Sequence record: MW394391.1
DNA from: Klebsiella phage vB_KpM_FBKp24
Reading direction: 5' to 3' (one strand)
Length of the DNA: 64,000 nt
Position numbers and translations under genes: made by a program. The notes under the pieces are model-generated. The model had not been told where the DNA came from and searched no databases. It worked only from the letters and a program-made list of their open reading frames with translations. Each line of letters begins with the position of its first letter. Position 1 is the first letter of the stretch. Below are positions 30,845-41,448 of this stretch, piece after piece.

Positions 30845-31676
30845 TCGTTATCTCCGGTAAGGGGAGTTTAGTGACAAGTCTGGAAATGGCCACTAATGTT
30901 TTCGGGTCGACAAAATAATGCGGTAGTTCGTTACCAATTGTTTCTTTAATTTTGTCCGTCGGTAGCCCAGCGGCGATACCTGAGAAGAGAGCCAGTTTCG
31001 CAATGACTTCCGTTGTCTGTTTTTCTTCGGATAAATAATAATCAAGGTAATTACTGATTGGTTCACCGACAGAACCACCGTCCTTAAAGTATCGGATAGC
31101 CCGTTCGATCCCGTAGAAGTTCAATGCGTTCTTTGTTCGGTTCACTAGCGGGACGTTAACGTCCTCACCTTCAGGGAACCGATATTCCATTTCGCTTAAA
31201 TAATCTCTTAAACGATAGATCAGCGAAGGGGAAACTTCAGCAGTGATTTCCAATACGACGTGAGGATCAATGGTATTATCTACGACGTGAAGTACTTCTG
31301 CGAGTTTCTCTTTAGGATTCTCTGCGACTTCTAACGCATATTTTATCGACTGAAGGTCTTCGTGGGAATCTACGTGATAAAGCGCCTGGCAAATCTTTGC
31401 CAGTAGTTCCATTTTGTCGTAAATGGGTAAGTCGTCGGTTAGGTATAAACCAAATTCTTCTATCCCTTCAGCGAGAAGATCGATCACTGTTTGATTAAAC
31501 TGAGCAATATTATCTTCTGTGCTGAACTCCTCAAGATAAGTGGTGAACTGATTAAACTGCTGTTCGAAGATGCCGGGGTCTAATCGGTAAAGAAAAGGGA
31601 GAACAACTTTATATGTTGAAACCTTTGCCTCAGGGACTACCCGGGTAAGGTAATTCAAAAGATTATCAATTAACAT
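30837..31676 (-). CDS. hypothetical protein (279 aa)
   Basis: ORF coupled to the downstream beta-prime-like gene. Confidence 0.5.
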   Translation of the reverse strand: MLIDNLLNYLTRVVPEAKVSTYKVVLPFLYRLDPGIFEQQFNQFTTYLEEFSTEDNIAQFNQTVIDLLAEGIEEFGLYLTDDLPIYDKMELLAKICQALYHVDSHEDLQSIKYALEVAENPKEKLAEVLHVVDNTIDPHVVLEITAEVSPSLIYRLRDYLSEMEYRFPEGEDVNVPLVNRTKNALNFYGIERAIRYFKDGGSVGEPISNYLDYYLSEEKQTTEVIAKLALFSGIAAGLPTDKIKETIGNELPHYFVDPKTLVAISRLVTKLPLPEITND

Positions 31677-31750
31677 TATTTTACCCTATGTAAATTTTAA
31701 TTCACATGAAGCGTAATTAGAATGAATATCTATCACTCTCAGAGGACGTA

Positions 31751-32185
31751 GTGGCCATGGCCAAATCGCGTAAAAAGAAGCCAGTTAAAAAACCTTCGTA
31801 CACGAAACTGCACGGTTACGCTTATGTGAATGATATCGTAAAGCGTTCTCCTAAACTTCTCGCTCAAGCAGCGGATGTCGTGGTCAGGTTTGATCTGCTT
31901 AAACAAGATCAGCTCTCTATGGGAGAAATCTTGAAAGGAAAAGAACAAATCAAAATCATTCTGGAAAAAGCACCCAATATACGCCAGATGCTAGATACCT
32001 TAAAAGAAGGCTTCGAGAAGCTGATTGCGTCTCCGGGTAAAAAGGATGAAGAACATTTTGCAGCGCTCGTTGGATTGGGTGCGGAGTTCGTCGCGGCGAT
32101 GACAGAGGACGTGATTGCGCCTATGGCCGAGATCGCTGAGATCGTTGAAAAAAGAACCGCAAATAAGGAACCAGTAAATGTCTGA
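31751..32185 (+). CDS. hypothetical protein with basic N-terminus (144 aa)
   Basis: ORF. Confidence 0.5.
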   Translation: MAMAKSRKKKPVKKPSYTKLHGYAYVNDIVKRSPKLLAQAADVVVRFDLLKQDQLSMGEILKGKEQIKIILEKAPNIRQMLDTLKEGFEKLIASPGKKDEEHFAALVGLGAEFVAAMTEDVIAPMAEIAEIVEKRTANKEPVNV

Positions 32186-33893
32186 TGCAGATAACATTCA
32201 GGGGACTGATGAAACCCCTTCTATTCCCACTTCTGGGGTGGGTCAACCTGTCAATAAACAAGTGATCACGGACGATGTTTTTGAAGAAGCTCAAATCGTC
32301 GCTCCTGAACCAGAAGAAGAAAAAGAAGAACCTGTAGAGACTGACTCGTCTGATGAAACGGGTCAGGAAAACAAAGAAGAGGAGGAACATCTACTTTTCG
32401 ATGTTGAACCGAATAAATTGACCATCGACCCTACTCGCCCTATCTACGTCCGCATCGACCCGGAAGAAAAAGGGATCGCTGCTTTATCCGTTCTTCCGAC
32501 GACGAGAGAAGATGCTGAGACCTTTGTAAACAGTCTCAGTACGGTGGGAGAAGAAGATCTCGAATGGGTACTGACAACAAGAAATGCCACTGATAACGCA
32601 TATTTGGGTAACGGTCTGCTCAAGGCTGCGATTCGTAAAGGCGCTAAGTGGAAAGGTCAGCTTGAAAACCCTGTAACGCCTACGCCGCTTTGCGATTATC
32701 GCAGCGCGTACAAGATCTTTGACCAACCCGCGACCAGAATCAGCGGTGCGGACGCCATTGACATGTTTACGGCGGGGACGAACCTCGGTCGACCGGTCAC
32801 GGTTCCGCTTTGGCATTCTGGTTTCTGGGTAAAGCTGAGAGCACCTTCGGCGGCGTTCCTGGCTGACATCGATCGAGCACTGGCATTCTCTCGCGAAGAG
32901 CTGGGCCTAGAGGTCTTCGGTGCTATCGGTGCTAACGACCGACTGATCTTTGATGAGATCTTGGTTGACGCTGCACTGAAATTGGTATCTGAAACCAACA
33001 TAGCTATCGCGAAGTCGCCGATGGAATTAAAAGAAGTCATTGACTACTTTGACATTGACTCTTTAATCTGGGGTATGGCGCAGGCTGCGTTCCCGGACGG
33101 TTGTGAGATCGCAATCCCATGTCCGAGTTGTCGCGGTGTAACGCACGTCAAGGCTAACCTTTTACGAATGCGTTTTGTTGACGAGTCCCGTTTAACTCAA
33201 GTGCAAATTCGTCAAATGGCAAAAGGCATTGCTCATAAAACGACTGTCGAAGAGTTGAAGAAATACAAAGAAGAATTTGAAATTCTCAACACCCAGAAGT
33301 GGGAATGGAACAAGCGGACATTTACGTTCCGTTCACCGACGATCGAAGAATATTTGACCTCCGGTCGTGAGTATATCACTTCCGTTTCCCGGGCGTTAAC
33401 AGAAACCCTGCGCGATGACGTCACTGATGACTATCGCCGTGGTCAAAGTATGAAATCAATACTGACTACGGAAGAGACGGCACGATTCCTGCATTTTATC
33501 CGGGAGATTAAAATCCCGAACACCAATGAGAAAGGGAGTGCGGATAACTACGGGATTGTTAATGACCCCCATGCTATCCTTGATATCATGCGCTATATCT
33601 CTGGCGACTATGAAGCTAGTGATGGTTTAATTGTCGCGATCAATGACTTCATTAACGATGCGATCAATACAATCATTGGTTTCCCTAATGTCAACTGTCC
33701 GGCGTGTGGGAAATTCTATCTCTCTAAAACTGGGGAAGAAACGATCATCGTCCCGTTTAATCCGGCCACGGGTTTTTTTATCCTTGCGCAACACAAGATC
33801 AGGGAAGCAGGGTCGGAGCCTCTGACGAATCTCTTGACGTTAGGTCTGACCGGTTTGCTATCCAAGGTATCGGCCAGCGAGGCTCAGGGTTAA
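32178..33893 (+). CDS. hypothetical protein with acidic N-terminal region (571 aa)
   Basis: ORF overlapping the upstream gene by 8 nt. Confidence 0.55.
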   Translation: MSDADNIQGTDETPSIPTSGVGQPVNKQVITDDVFEEAQIVAPEPEEEKEEPVETDSSDETGQENKEEEEHLLFDVEPNKLTIDPTRPIYVRIDPEEKGIAALSVLPTTREDAETFVNSLSTVGEEDLEWVLTTRNATDNAYLGNGLLKAAIRKGAKWKGQLENPVTPTPLCDYRSAYKIFDQPATRISGADAIDMFTAGTNLGRPVTVPLWHSGFWVKLRAPSAAFLADIDRALAFSREELGLEVFGAIGANDRLIFDEILVDAALKLVSETNIAIAKSPMELKEVIDYFDIDSLIWGMAQAAFPDGCEIAIPCPSCRGVTHVKANLLRMRFVDESRLTQVQIRQMAKGIAHKTTVEELKKYKEEFEILNTQKWEWNKRTFTFRSPTIEEYLTSGREYITSVSRALTETLRDDVTDDYRRGQSMKSILTTEETARFLHFIREIKIPNTNEKGSADNYGIVNDPHAILDIMRYISGDYEASDGLIVAINDFINDAINTIIGFPNVNCPACGKFYLSKTGEETIIVPFNPATGFFILAQHKIREAGSEPLTNLLTLGLTGLLSKVSASEAQG

Positions 33894-33910
33894 TTGAGAA
33901 GGCGGGCGGT

Positions 33911-34273
33911 ATGGGTAACCTTGCCGCCAAAGTGGCGTTGCGCAGGGCGTACGACCTCGATAATCAAATTTACACCGAACACGTCGATGCGAAAGAACCC
34001 TTCTCCCTTATCGCCATGCATTCAGCAGAAGCGGCGGCAAACAAAGGGAAATGGGATGATTTGTTAGAGAAGTATCACACTCACCAGATTAAGGCGTATT
34101 TCAATTACACGTTTACTGAATGGGTGAACCAACCTAACGACCTCGTTGAGAAACAGATTAATATTTCGATACGATGGAGAGAGCGTGAAGTCGGTGTGAA
34201 AGACGAAGAAACAAAAGAGTTAGAAGCCCAGTTAGCAAAGAACGGGGTTCCGATTCCTCAATCTAATGTTTAA
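33911..34273 (+). CDS. hypothetical protein (120 aa)
   Basis: ORF. Confidence 0.5.
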   Translation: MGNLAAKVALRRAYDLDNQIYTEHVDAKEPFSLIAMHSAEAAANKGKWDDLLEKYHTHQIKAYFNYTFTEWVNQPNDLVEKQINISIRWREREVGVKDEETKELEAQLAKNGVPIPQSNV

Positions 34274-34281
34274 AAGGAAAA

Positions 34282-34926
34282 ATGGCTATGGCCAATAAGT
34301 TTGATAACATTCAAAAACAGTCTCAGGCGCTCTCTGATGCAGCGGATGCAATTACAGAAGCAAATACCAGTGGATCTAATGACAATACCCCTGTGAGCAC
34401 TACAGTGGCTTCTGATAGCGCAGTAGGAGGCAGTGCGAGTGTAAGTACAGTTTCTACTGCAAGTCAAAAAAGCGCCGTGGACGCGTACGCTGGGCAGTCT
34501 GATACGGTCAAACTGATTGTCGCTCATTTAGAAACTTACGTTTTGAACATGGCGCCAGAAAAAGTTCAGACCGATACGTCTCTGAAAGAAAACCAAACTA
34601 TTCTGTATCGGACGCTGGAACAACTCGTAAACCTGTCCGACGTCAATGACTTCGCCATCTGCATGAAACGGCTGTTTGCGTTGGTGCGTAAATACGAAGA
34701 TGCTGCATTTGCACCAAATATGCGTTTCCGTCGTTTAAGTCTTTTGGCGAAAGGCGATAAGCAACTGGATAAATACATCAACTTTGTTGACATGATTTGC
34801 GCCTTTGCAGTTCCGGTGGTACGTAAGTCAATTATCCAGCGTTACAATCTGGTTCGTGCGGCTGAATTCGCCAAACCGGAATATCGTGAACGACTGATCG
34901 AATTTGTTCGCGCTATCAGCGGTTAA
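34282..34926 (+). CDS. hypothetical protein (214 aa)
   Basis: ORF with an aaggaaaaATGG RBS. Confidence 0.55.
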   Translation: MAMANKFDNIQKQSQALSDAADAITEANTSGSNDNTPVSTTVASDSAVGGSASVSTVSTASQKSAVDAYAGQSDTVKLIVAHLETYVLNMAPEKVQTDTSLKENQTILYRTLEQLVNLSDVNDFAICMKRLFALVRKYEDAAFAPNMRFRRLSLLAKGDKQLDKYINFVDMICAFAVPVVRKSIIQRYNLVRAAEFAKPEYRERLIEFVRAISG

Positions 34927-34938
34927 TTGTCATAAGTA

Positions 34939-34976
34939 CTCTCTCTTCCCGCGTTTGCGGGAAGAGAGAGCTTTAT
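34939..34976. terminator. bidirectional Rho-independent terminator
   Basis: Hairpin ctctctcttcccgc-gttt-gcgggaagagagag followed by ctttat. Confidence 0.75.
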
Positions 34977-34982
34977 AATTGT

Positions 34983-35966
34983 TTAAGCGTGTTTAAACCC
35001 TGCCCATTTAGCAGCGATGAGTTCAATGACCTTTGATCGAATATCGGCGGGAAGGTTGATGGGTAAGAAAAACTCGACTACCTTCTCCAAATCAGCAAAC
35101 GCGCTGTCTTCACTTTCTTTAAAATGTGCCGAGAAGATGGACGCTAAAGTATTAATGTTCTTTTCATCGTACATTTGCGGGTAATTAAATCCCCTGAAAA
35201 GACCCTTTAATTTTTCTAAGTCTTCGACGTTATCCAGATCAATAACCATTTTTCTTCGGTCAGACTGATTTTCTTGGATTTTGTTTACTCCGATAGCGGT
35301 AGGAGTAAAATGAGGATCTGGAACTTCAACTGGGTATAATGGTTGAACTGAGTATGGAGGAGCGTGGCGCTGGAAATGATCGATATCGACGTCTTCCCTC
35401 ATCCCCGGAAAGATTTCATCAAAACGTTCTTTGATACCCGAAGGAGTTGGTTCTTCAACACGAGAGGTATCGTTGAAGAGTAAATCAAAACCAATGATAG
35501 AAACCGATCCATTTGGAATTACTTCGCCTTCTGCTTCAGGGTCGATCTGATCTTGAGGTTTAGGGTATAAGTATTTACCGTTCGATACCAGTCGAGGTAC
35601 GAAATTATACTCCCCTTTCACAAGTCCGGTTTGGTAAGACATTAAATGGTCATGTGGGGTATTTGGGTTCAATAGCGTAATTTTACAGGAGATAATCGTA
35701 CCGGAAATATCCAGTTTGAGAAGACTGGTATTAACGGTGAACTTTGCTTCGTTCAGTAGCGGGAAGAAATTCTCCTCACGATCCCATTTCTTAGCGTCGG
35801 TACGATTGATAACACTCACGTAAGCTAACCCGGATAATGGACCTACGATGTTACCTATTGCCCGCATTAACTCTTTCACTGGGACGCCGGTGCTTTGCGA
35901 AACTTCATATAACGAAAAATAAACGATAATGCTGTCGTTACTGACTACTTTAGCTTGATGGTTCAT
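34983..35966 (-). CDS. hypothetical protein (327 aa)
   Basis: ORF. Confidence 0.55.
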   Translation of the reverse strand: MNHQAKVVSNDSIIVYFSLYEVSQSTGVPVKELMRAIGNIVGPLSGLAYVSVINRTDAKKWDREENFFPLLNEAKFTVNTSLLKLDISGTIISCKITLLNPNTPHDHLMSYQTGLVKGEYNFVPRLVSNGKYLYPKPQDQIDPEAEGEVIPNGSVSIIGFDLLFNDTSRVEEPTPSGIKERFDEIFPGMREDVDIDHFQRHAPPYSVQPLYPVEVPDPHFTPTAIGVNKIQENQSDRRKMVIDLDNVEDLEKLKGLFRGFNYPQMYDEKNINTLASIFSAHFKESEDSAFADLEKVVEFFLPINLPADIRSKVIELIAAKWAGFKHA

Positions 35967-36025
35967 CTTGACCGTACCTTTTGTTTGTTAGAGTCTCCTA
36001 GCGGACTCATAATAGTTATAGGTAC

Positions 36026-38032
36026 GTGGATTTTGTTATGAGCACTAATTACGATAGGGGAATCACTGTGTTTAATTTTGCAAAAGCAGCTTTCGGAATG
36101 GTAGAGGTTGAAGAAGCAAACGGAAAAATCAAAATCACTGCTATCCGTTCTAAAGACGCGTTAAATGAAATTTATAATACTTGGCGAACATCTCGCATTG
36201 AACAAAGTATGTTCACTAAGATTACGCCCTACAGTATCGAGTTCTATAGTTTCTTTGCAGTAGAATTCGTTTACATACTGGATAAAATTATTGCCAAATC
36301 TGGCAGAAGCATGATTGCAAAGAAAACATTGAAACAAGTTAAAGAGGGCATTTTAACAAACACTTGGATGCGTTCTACTCAGATGGATCACGATCCTATT
36401 TTAGATCGTAGTAAACTGAGTCTGTTCACTAAAAGCCCACTCCGTCATCAAATGGAATTCATCGACCTCTACGACGACGTCGTTCCTAAATGGCAGCTAA
36501 ATGGATATTGCTTAGCAATGGGGACTGGCTCAGGAAAAACTCTCTCGTCGCTAATGATTGCAGAAATGCTCAACGTTGACATTATTGTCATGATATCATT
36601 AAAGGCGTCTATTTATCGTGTCTGGGAAGATGCGATGCAAAATGATTACAAGAAGACACCTGAATATTGGATTCAGGCGCGTGATGGGTCATTACCCTCT
36701 GGAACATTACCAAAGTATTTAATTTACCACATGGAAGCCATTGGTAAATTACTGGAAGATTCCGGGCGATTCACTGGTAAGAAAGTTGCGTTAATCCTCG
36801 ACGAATCCCACAAACTAAATGAACTAACTTCTCAACGTACGCAAGATATCTTACAATTCTGCAAACGTGTTCAGCCTGTTACAACGCTATGGGCTTCTGC
36901 TACGCCTATCAAAGCATATGGCTCTGAAGCCATCCCGATGCTGGCGACATTTGATAAAATGATGACGTTAGAGGCTATGGAAGCCTTTAAGAAACTGTAC
37001 GGGAAGTCAAGTAAGAAATGTTTCGACATCATTCGTCATCGTATGGGTAATGTAACATTTAAAGTGGAGGTTGTTAAATCCAACCCAATCATCGAGAACG
37101 TTCCGGTCAAACTGAAAGACCCAGAGAAGTTTTTATTGTCTACGTTGAAAATGGACATGAAAGATTATATTCTGGAACGCATTGCGTATTGGAAAAATCT
37201 CGAACCACAAGTTAAGCTGGGTTATTATTCTGGCGTAGACAAATACGCTCGTACTGTTAAGACTAAAGAACAAGAAGCTCAATTAAAACAATACCGACGT
37301 TTTGTTGAGCAAATCTCTAAAACCACCGATTACCAAATGGTGAAAGAAGAGATGATGTTCTGTAATAAGTTCGAAAAGAATTTAATCGAACCCTTACTGC
37401 GCGGAGAAGATTTAAAGAATTTCCGTAGTTACAAATCGGTGATCAAATATTTACCGTTAAAAGTCCGTGGTGAGTGTTTAGGTAACGTCGTAGGGAAGCG
37501 AAGGGAAGAAGTTACGCTTGCTTTAATACCAGCGTGTGATCTGCCTAAATACATTAAGGCGGCGGAGAAGAAAACTATTGTTTTTACCAGCTACGTGAAA
37601 GCGGTGGAAATAACAGAAGACTATCTGGTGTCGAAAGGGTTCAAACCGGTAACTGTTTACGGAGAGGGTGAAGATTTAACTAAACAAGTGAAACGGTTCT
37701 TTGATGACAATAACATTAACCCATTAATTGCAACGTATCAAAGTTTATCTACTTCCGTTCCGTTGATTGCCGCAAACGTTATTTTAGCTATTAATGCACC
37801 GTTCCGTGATTACATCATGGAACAAGCTATTGGTCGTATTGACCGTATTAACCAAAGCGCACAAACTTATGTCTTTAAATTCTATTTGGAGACATCGGAA
37901 CCTAATATCAGTAGCCGCACACTTGATATCTTAACCTGGTCGGAAGAACAGGTGAATCAGATACTCGGTGTGAAAGAGGAAGCGGTCGCGTTGGAAGCTT
38001 GGTCGCTTGAAGCTATCCCGCAGTACACGTAA
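36026..38032 (+). CDS. SF2 DExH-box helicase
   Basis: Walker A AMGTGSGKT, motif II LILDESHK, motif VI QAIGRIDRINQ. Confidence 0.75.
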   Translation: MDFVMSTNYDRGITVFNFAKAAFGMVEVEEANGKIKITAIRSKDALNEIYNTWRTSRIEQSMFTKITPYSIEFYSFFAVEFVYILDKIIAKSGRSMIAKKTLKQVKEGILTNTWMRSTQMDHDPILDRSKLSLFTKSPLRHQMEFIDLYDDVVPKWQLNGYCLAMGTGSGKTLSSLMIAEMLNVDIIVMISLKASIYRVWEDAMQNDYKKTPEYWIQARDGSLPSGTLPKYLIYHMEAIGKLLEDSGRFTGKKVALILDESHKLNELTSQRTQDILQFCKRVQPVTTLWASATPIKAYGSEAIPMLATFDKMMTLEAMEAFKKLYGKSSKKCFDIIRHRMGNVTFKVEVVKSNPIIENVPVKLKDPEKFLLSTLKMDMKDYILERIAYWKNLEPQVKLGYYSGVDKYARTVKTKEQEAQLKQYRRFVEQISKTTDYQMVKEEMMFCNKFEKNLIEPLLRGEDLKNFRSYKSVIKYLPLKVRGECLGNVVGKRREEVTLALIPACDLPKYIKAAEKKTIVFTSYVKAVEITEDYLVSKGFKPVTVYGEGEDLTKQVKRFFDDNNINPLIATYQSLSTSVPLIAANVILAINAPFRDYIMEQAIGRIDRINQSAQTYVFKFYLETSEPNISSRTLDILTWSEEQVNQILGVKEEAVALEAWSLEAIPQYT

Positions 38033-38056
38033 CAAAAAAAAAGAATAGAGTAGACA

Positions 38057-38095
38057 GTTTCCCTACTGCCTAACGGCAGTAGGGAAACTTATATT
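38057..38095. terminator. bidirectional Rho-independent terminator
   Basis: Hairpin gtttccctactgcc-taac-ggcagtagggaaac followed by ttatatt. Confidence 0.75.
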
Positions 38096-38483
38096 AGTTT
38101 GCGTCGGTTAAATCGAGGAATTCAATCCCCATGAAAACGCAGAGAGAAGGATCGGTAGTTGACGAGTTGGCGTACATGACCCGTATACGCGTGTCAATGA
38201 ACCGTGAGACGGCTGCAGTGAACTCGATAGGGTGAATGTATTGCTCTGGGCGAATAGGGTTCTTAAACGCTTTAGGGAACGTTGGAGGAAGGGAATTAAT
38301 CAGATCATAGTCCCATTCCCCCATAGCCGCGTACGTCTTGAGCATGATCTCTGCTTTTTGTTTGGCTTCTGCGACGCAGGGCTTCGCGTATTTCACATCA
38401 GGAGAATTATACCCCTCGGCAGCCACAGAGGAGAATGCTACAGCAGAGAGGATAAATGCGATCAGTAATTTTTTCATTTTCAT
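38094..38483 (-). CDS. secreted protein with N-terminal signal peptide (129 aa)
   Basis: N-terminal MKMKKLLIAFILSAVAFSSVAAEG. Confidence 0.55.
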   Translation of the reverse strand: MKMKKLLIAFILSAVAFSSVAAEGYNSPDVKYAKPCVAEAKQKAEIMLKTYAAMGEWDYDLINSLPPTFPKAFKNPIRPEQYIHPIEFTAAVSRFIDTRIRVMYANSSTTDPSLCVFMGIEFLDLTDAN

Positions 38484-38507
38484 TTCCTTGTTGTCGGTTA
38501 CGGTTAA

Positions 38508-39044
38508 TTAAGCGGTGTAATAAATAGTGGTGATACCGAGGTCTTGGTAGAGCGATGCTGCCTTAAGGGCTTCGTAATAAGTTAAGGTGTCAAATTTTGC
38601 ACCGAGATCATGTGCAAAACAAGTTGCTGAACTGTATTTCTGCGGATAGAACTCTTTGTAGAACAAACGCTGTTGTTCTGGAATATCGTAGTGATTTGCG
38701 GCGAAACTGCAAATATACGGTTCATTAAACAAGTGACGAATAAGGGTCACTGATATGCTATTAATTTGGTGGGAAGGTACTGCTGTAATAACGGGAGCGA
38801 TAAAATAAAGCTCGCCGTGATAGATAGAATAACTAAACCCTTTGACTCCGATTATTCTAAGATACAAAAGAAAGTCTTCCCACGGCGTCTTTTCCCCGGG
38901 AGTTGGGATGTTAGTAGGCTGAAACTTGAAATCGAACATGTCTGTGTAATAAAAATTACACTTGGTCACGCTAGAAAATAAAAATCTTTTCGCGGCGAGT
39001 TCGACGTGCTTATTAACCTGGGCTTCTGTCAGCGTAGTATTCAT
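38508..39044 (-). CDS. hypothetical protein (178 aa)
   Basis: ORF. Confidence 0.5.
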   Translation of the reverse strand: MNTTLTEAQVNKHVELAAKRFLFSSVTKCNFYYTDMFDFKFQPTNIPTPGEKTPWEDFLLYLRIIGVKGFSYSIYHGELYFIAPVITAVPSHQINSISVTLIRHLFNEPYICSFAANHYDIPEQQRLFYKEFYPQKYSSATCFAHDLGAKFDTLTYYEALKAASLYQDLGITTIYYTA

Positions 39045-39357
39045 TTTGTTTCCTCATTCTATTAGGTTACATTAGAGTGATATATGCATAAAACTGAATG
39101 GAGACCCAGGTCTCCATTCAGTGGACTATAAGAAAGTTTTCACTACTGACCATCGTTCTTCTTCATTCAATTCATCGAGGTCCGGACTCGTTGTCCCTCT
39201 ACGGAAGGTTTGGCTAAATTTCTCACCTGCTTTATCAGCATCCCCTAAACAAACAAATTCATAAGGGAGTAATAACAGCTGCTGTTTAAGGTGAGGGGAA
39301 AGATCGGAGCCCAAGGCGCTCCAACTGTTTAAACCGAGAGCGTGAAGACTAGCCGAT

Positions 39358-39627
39358 TTAAAGACGGACTCCGTTAAAAATACAGGACCGGGTTGAAGTA
39401 CTAATTTCTAAGCCGAAAACACCAACATTACCAAGGAGTCTCGTAAAGTATCGCGCTTCTTTTGGATTCTTTGTTTTCTTAGGTGCCCCTGGCGTGTAAA
39501 CTTGATACCCTCTCAGTTTATGGTCGAAACCAAATAACGGGACGGTTAAGGTATCTTCAGTTAACCAGTTAGTCGGGTAACGGTTTACGTCGTAATGACG
39601 CGTAAGTAAATGTTCGGTCATGTTCAT
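39358..39627 (-). CDS. hypothetical protein (89 aa)
   Basis: ORF, weak. Confidence 0.35.
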   Translation of the reverse strand: MNMTEHLLTRHYDVNRYPTNWLTEDTLTVPLFGFDHKLRGYQVYTPGAPKKTKNPKEARYFTRLLGNVGVFGLEISTSTRSCIFNGVRL

Positions 39628-39827
39628 TGTTTAGGCTCTCTATTTGATAATCAAACCGAATGTCATTTATTCTCGGAGTTGTTCTGACCGTGAAAGAGTG
39701 GCAAAAGCAATCGTCACTAACTATCGGTTTAAAAAGTAAGTTGGGATTTTCAAATTTCAATGGGTTAGTAATGGCAGCAGATAATACAGAATTAATCTGC
39801 ATACCCACGAAAATACTGATTGCGTTC

Positions 39828-40028
39828 TTAACGAACATCATTCCTCCTTTGGTTTAATTCTGTTCTGGTCGGTTTTTCAGCATCAATAGGCTCCAACCAA
39901 AAATGATTACATTCCCTACATTCCCAAGTTATTTCATTGTCTTCCTCATCGTAGACCTGAGAGCAATTCATAGCTTGACAAATAGGGCAATCTACCCCCG
40001 TCCATTGTATTGTCATGGTTTTACACAC
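39828..40028 (-). CDS. small zinc-ribbon protein (66 aa)
   Basis: CPIC...CREC four-Cys pattern. Its start overlaps the GNAT gene. Confidence 0.45.
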   Translation of the reverse strand: MCKTMTIQWTGVDCPICQAMNCSQVYDEEDNEITWECRECNHFWLEPIDAEKPTRTELNQRRNDVR

Positions 40029-40513
40029 ATGTATTTGGTCTGCTCCAGGAAACCCTGAGACTCATAAAATTTCTGAGCAGAAGTATTGTAAAGGTGTACC
40101 GATAAACTAACCTGATCGATAGCTAGGTGTTTTGCGAACATCCTAACCTGATTCACTAATGCTTTACCATAACCGTTACGACGATAAAGGCGTTTAACGT
40201 AAAGATAACTAATCGACATCCAGTTAACGCTACCGTTAGCGATAGGCTGCGTATATTCAACAAACCCGACTACTTCTTCTTTATTTACCGCTAAGAGGAT
40301 ATTAGTCTGGTCCGTCCAACGATCGATCAGTCTTTCCGTTTTCTTCTCGTTGGTGAGAATATCTAGGTTACTCCGGGATTTCCAGAACGTGGCCTCTTTT
40401 TTATCCATGTCATGGAACATCTCTAAAAGTTCTTTTTCGTACTTGGCGGTTTCTGGGTCTTCTGGACCGAGTAATAAAACAAATTCCATTGGTTCTCTCC
40501 TGGTTGATGGCAT
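40013..40513 (-). CDS. GNAT-family N-acetyltransferase
   Basis: Motif RRNGYGKAL, and C-terminal YESQGF. Confidence 0.7.
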   Translation of the reverse strand: MPSTRREPMEFVLLLGPEDPETAKYEKELLEMFHDMDKKEATFWKSRSNLDILTNEKKTERLIDRWTDQTNILLAVNKEEVVGFVEYTQPIANGSVNWMSISYLYVKRLYRRNGYGKALVNQVRMFAKHLAIDQVSLSVHLYNTSAQKFYESQGFLEQTKYMCVKP

Positions 40514-40682
40514 AAAGGGAAGAGCTTACGCCCCTCCCTCAGCCCGAGTAATTGAATGTCTCACGACAAGCAACGTCGTATTGTTGCCACGCTGATTTCT
40601 CAGACGAAGCTACCGCGCTGGCATCGCAGTTCGGTTAACAGGTGGTGCTGTTCATAAGACAGCACCCGACTGTAAAATTAAA

Positions 40683-40835
40683 TCAACTACCCAGTTTGTC
40701 AACGACTTTGTCTTTCACTTCGTTAAACTTGTCAGCGACTTTATCCAGGGTAGGATCCATTTTCGCTTTGTGTTTACGGTAAACAAAGATTGCGATGACC
40801 GCAACAACCAGAACACCTGCAATAGTACCAATCAT
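40683..40835 (-). CDS. small single-pass membrane protein (50 aa, not in ORF track)
   Basis: Hand translation gives MIGTIAGVLVVAVIAIFVYRKHKAKMDPTLDKVADKFNEVKDKVVDKLGS. It lies downstream of the tRNA-array terminator. Confidence 0.4.
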   Translation of the reverse strand: MIGTIAGVLVVAVIAIFVYRKHKAKMDPTLDKVADKFNEVKDKVVDKLGS

Positions 40836-40888
40836 GGTATTTTACCTTTAAAAAATAAGATTAACTGATTCATAAAAATAACAGCATA

Positions 40889-40913
40889 AAGAGAGGGCCT
40901 TCCGGCCCTCTCT
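40889..40913 (-). terminator. Rho-independent terminator closing the minus-strand tRNA transcript
   Basis: Hairpin agagagggcc-ttcc-ggccctctct followed on the minus strand by a T-rich tract (tttatgctgttattttta). Confidence 0.65.
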
Positions 40914-41448
40914 CGTACTGACTTAGCGTCAAAGGAATTTGAGCAGTTAAATCGTACTGTAACCGCAGTGAAGATTTATCATGCTCGCTTTCCTTCGTGT
41001 TTCAGTCGCCACCGAAACACCTACTTTCTCGGCTATACGAGTTAGCTTAATTTCCAGATTTTTAATACCCGATCCCTTCTACGTTGGAGAAATGGATCGA
41101 ATAGAGGTGACGCCCCCCGGACATTTTTGCCGGCTTCTTATACCCCTTTCGCCGACGCATCGGCTGGGGTTAATGGTCTGTGGCCGCCTATTTTCGCTCT
41201 GAGGCGTAGGCCGCCGAAAATGACAGGCGTCATAATTAGTACCCCTCGGCCGATTCCGCGGCGCGTTTAACCGGCGGGTCGCCGAAGTCTTTGTCTCCCC
41301 AGAGTTACTACTGTGCTATTACACGGTAGACAAATCATTCAGGAATTGAACCTGAACTCCCTTAGCTAACAAGCCTCTACTATTGACCAGGAATCTAACC
41401 TGCACTCGCTGTAAACAATATCACTTGACTAGAGTAGTATTGTAAAGG

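Noticed and set aside
39126-39841. Short overlapping ORFs 39126..39314 and 39569..39841
   Set aside because: They overlap each other and ORF 39358..39627 in different frames and lack start context. Only 39358..39627 was kept, at low confidence.
41330-41365. Isolated T-arm-like motif TCAGG-TTCAATT-CCTGA with a 3' acceptor-like ATGATTT
   Set aside because: No complementary 5' acceptor strand or D-arm lies within 120 nt on either side. It is probably a tRNA remnant, so I did not call it a gene.
40914-41448. RNase P RNA or tmRNA in the ORF-free stretch next to the tRNAs
   Set aside because: I looked for the RNase P CR-I/CR-V consensus (AGGAAAGUCCGGGCUCC, GGUAACGCCUGGG) and a tmRNA tag-ORF/T-arm combination. 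Neither is present.
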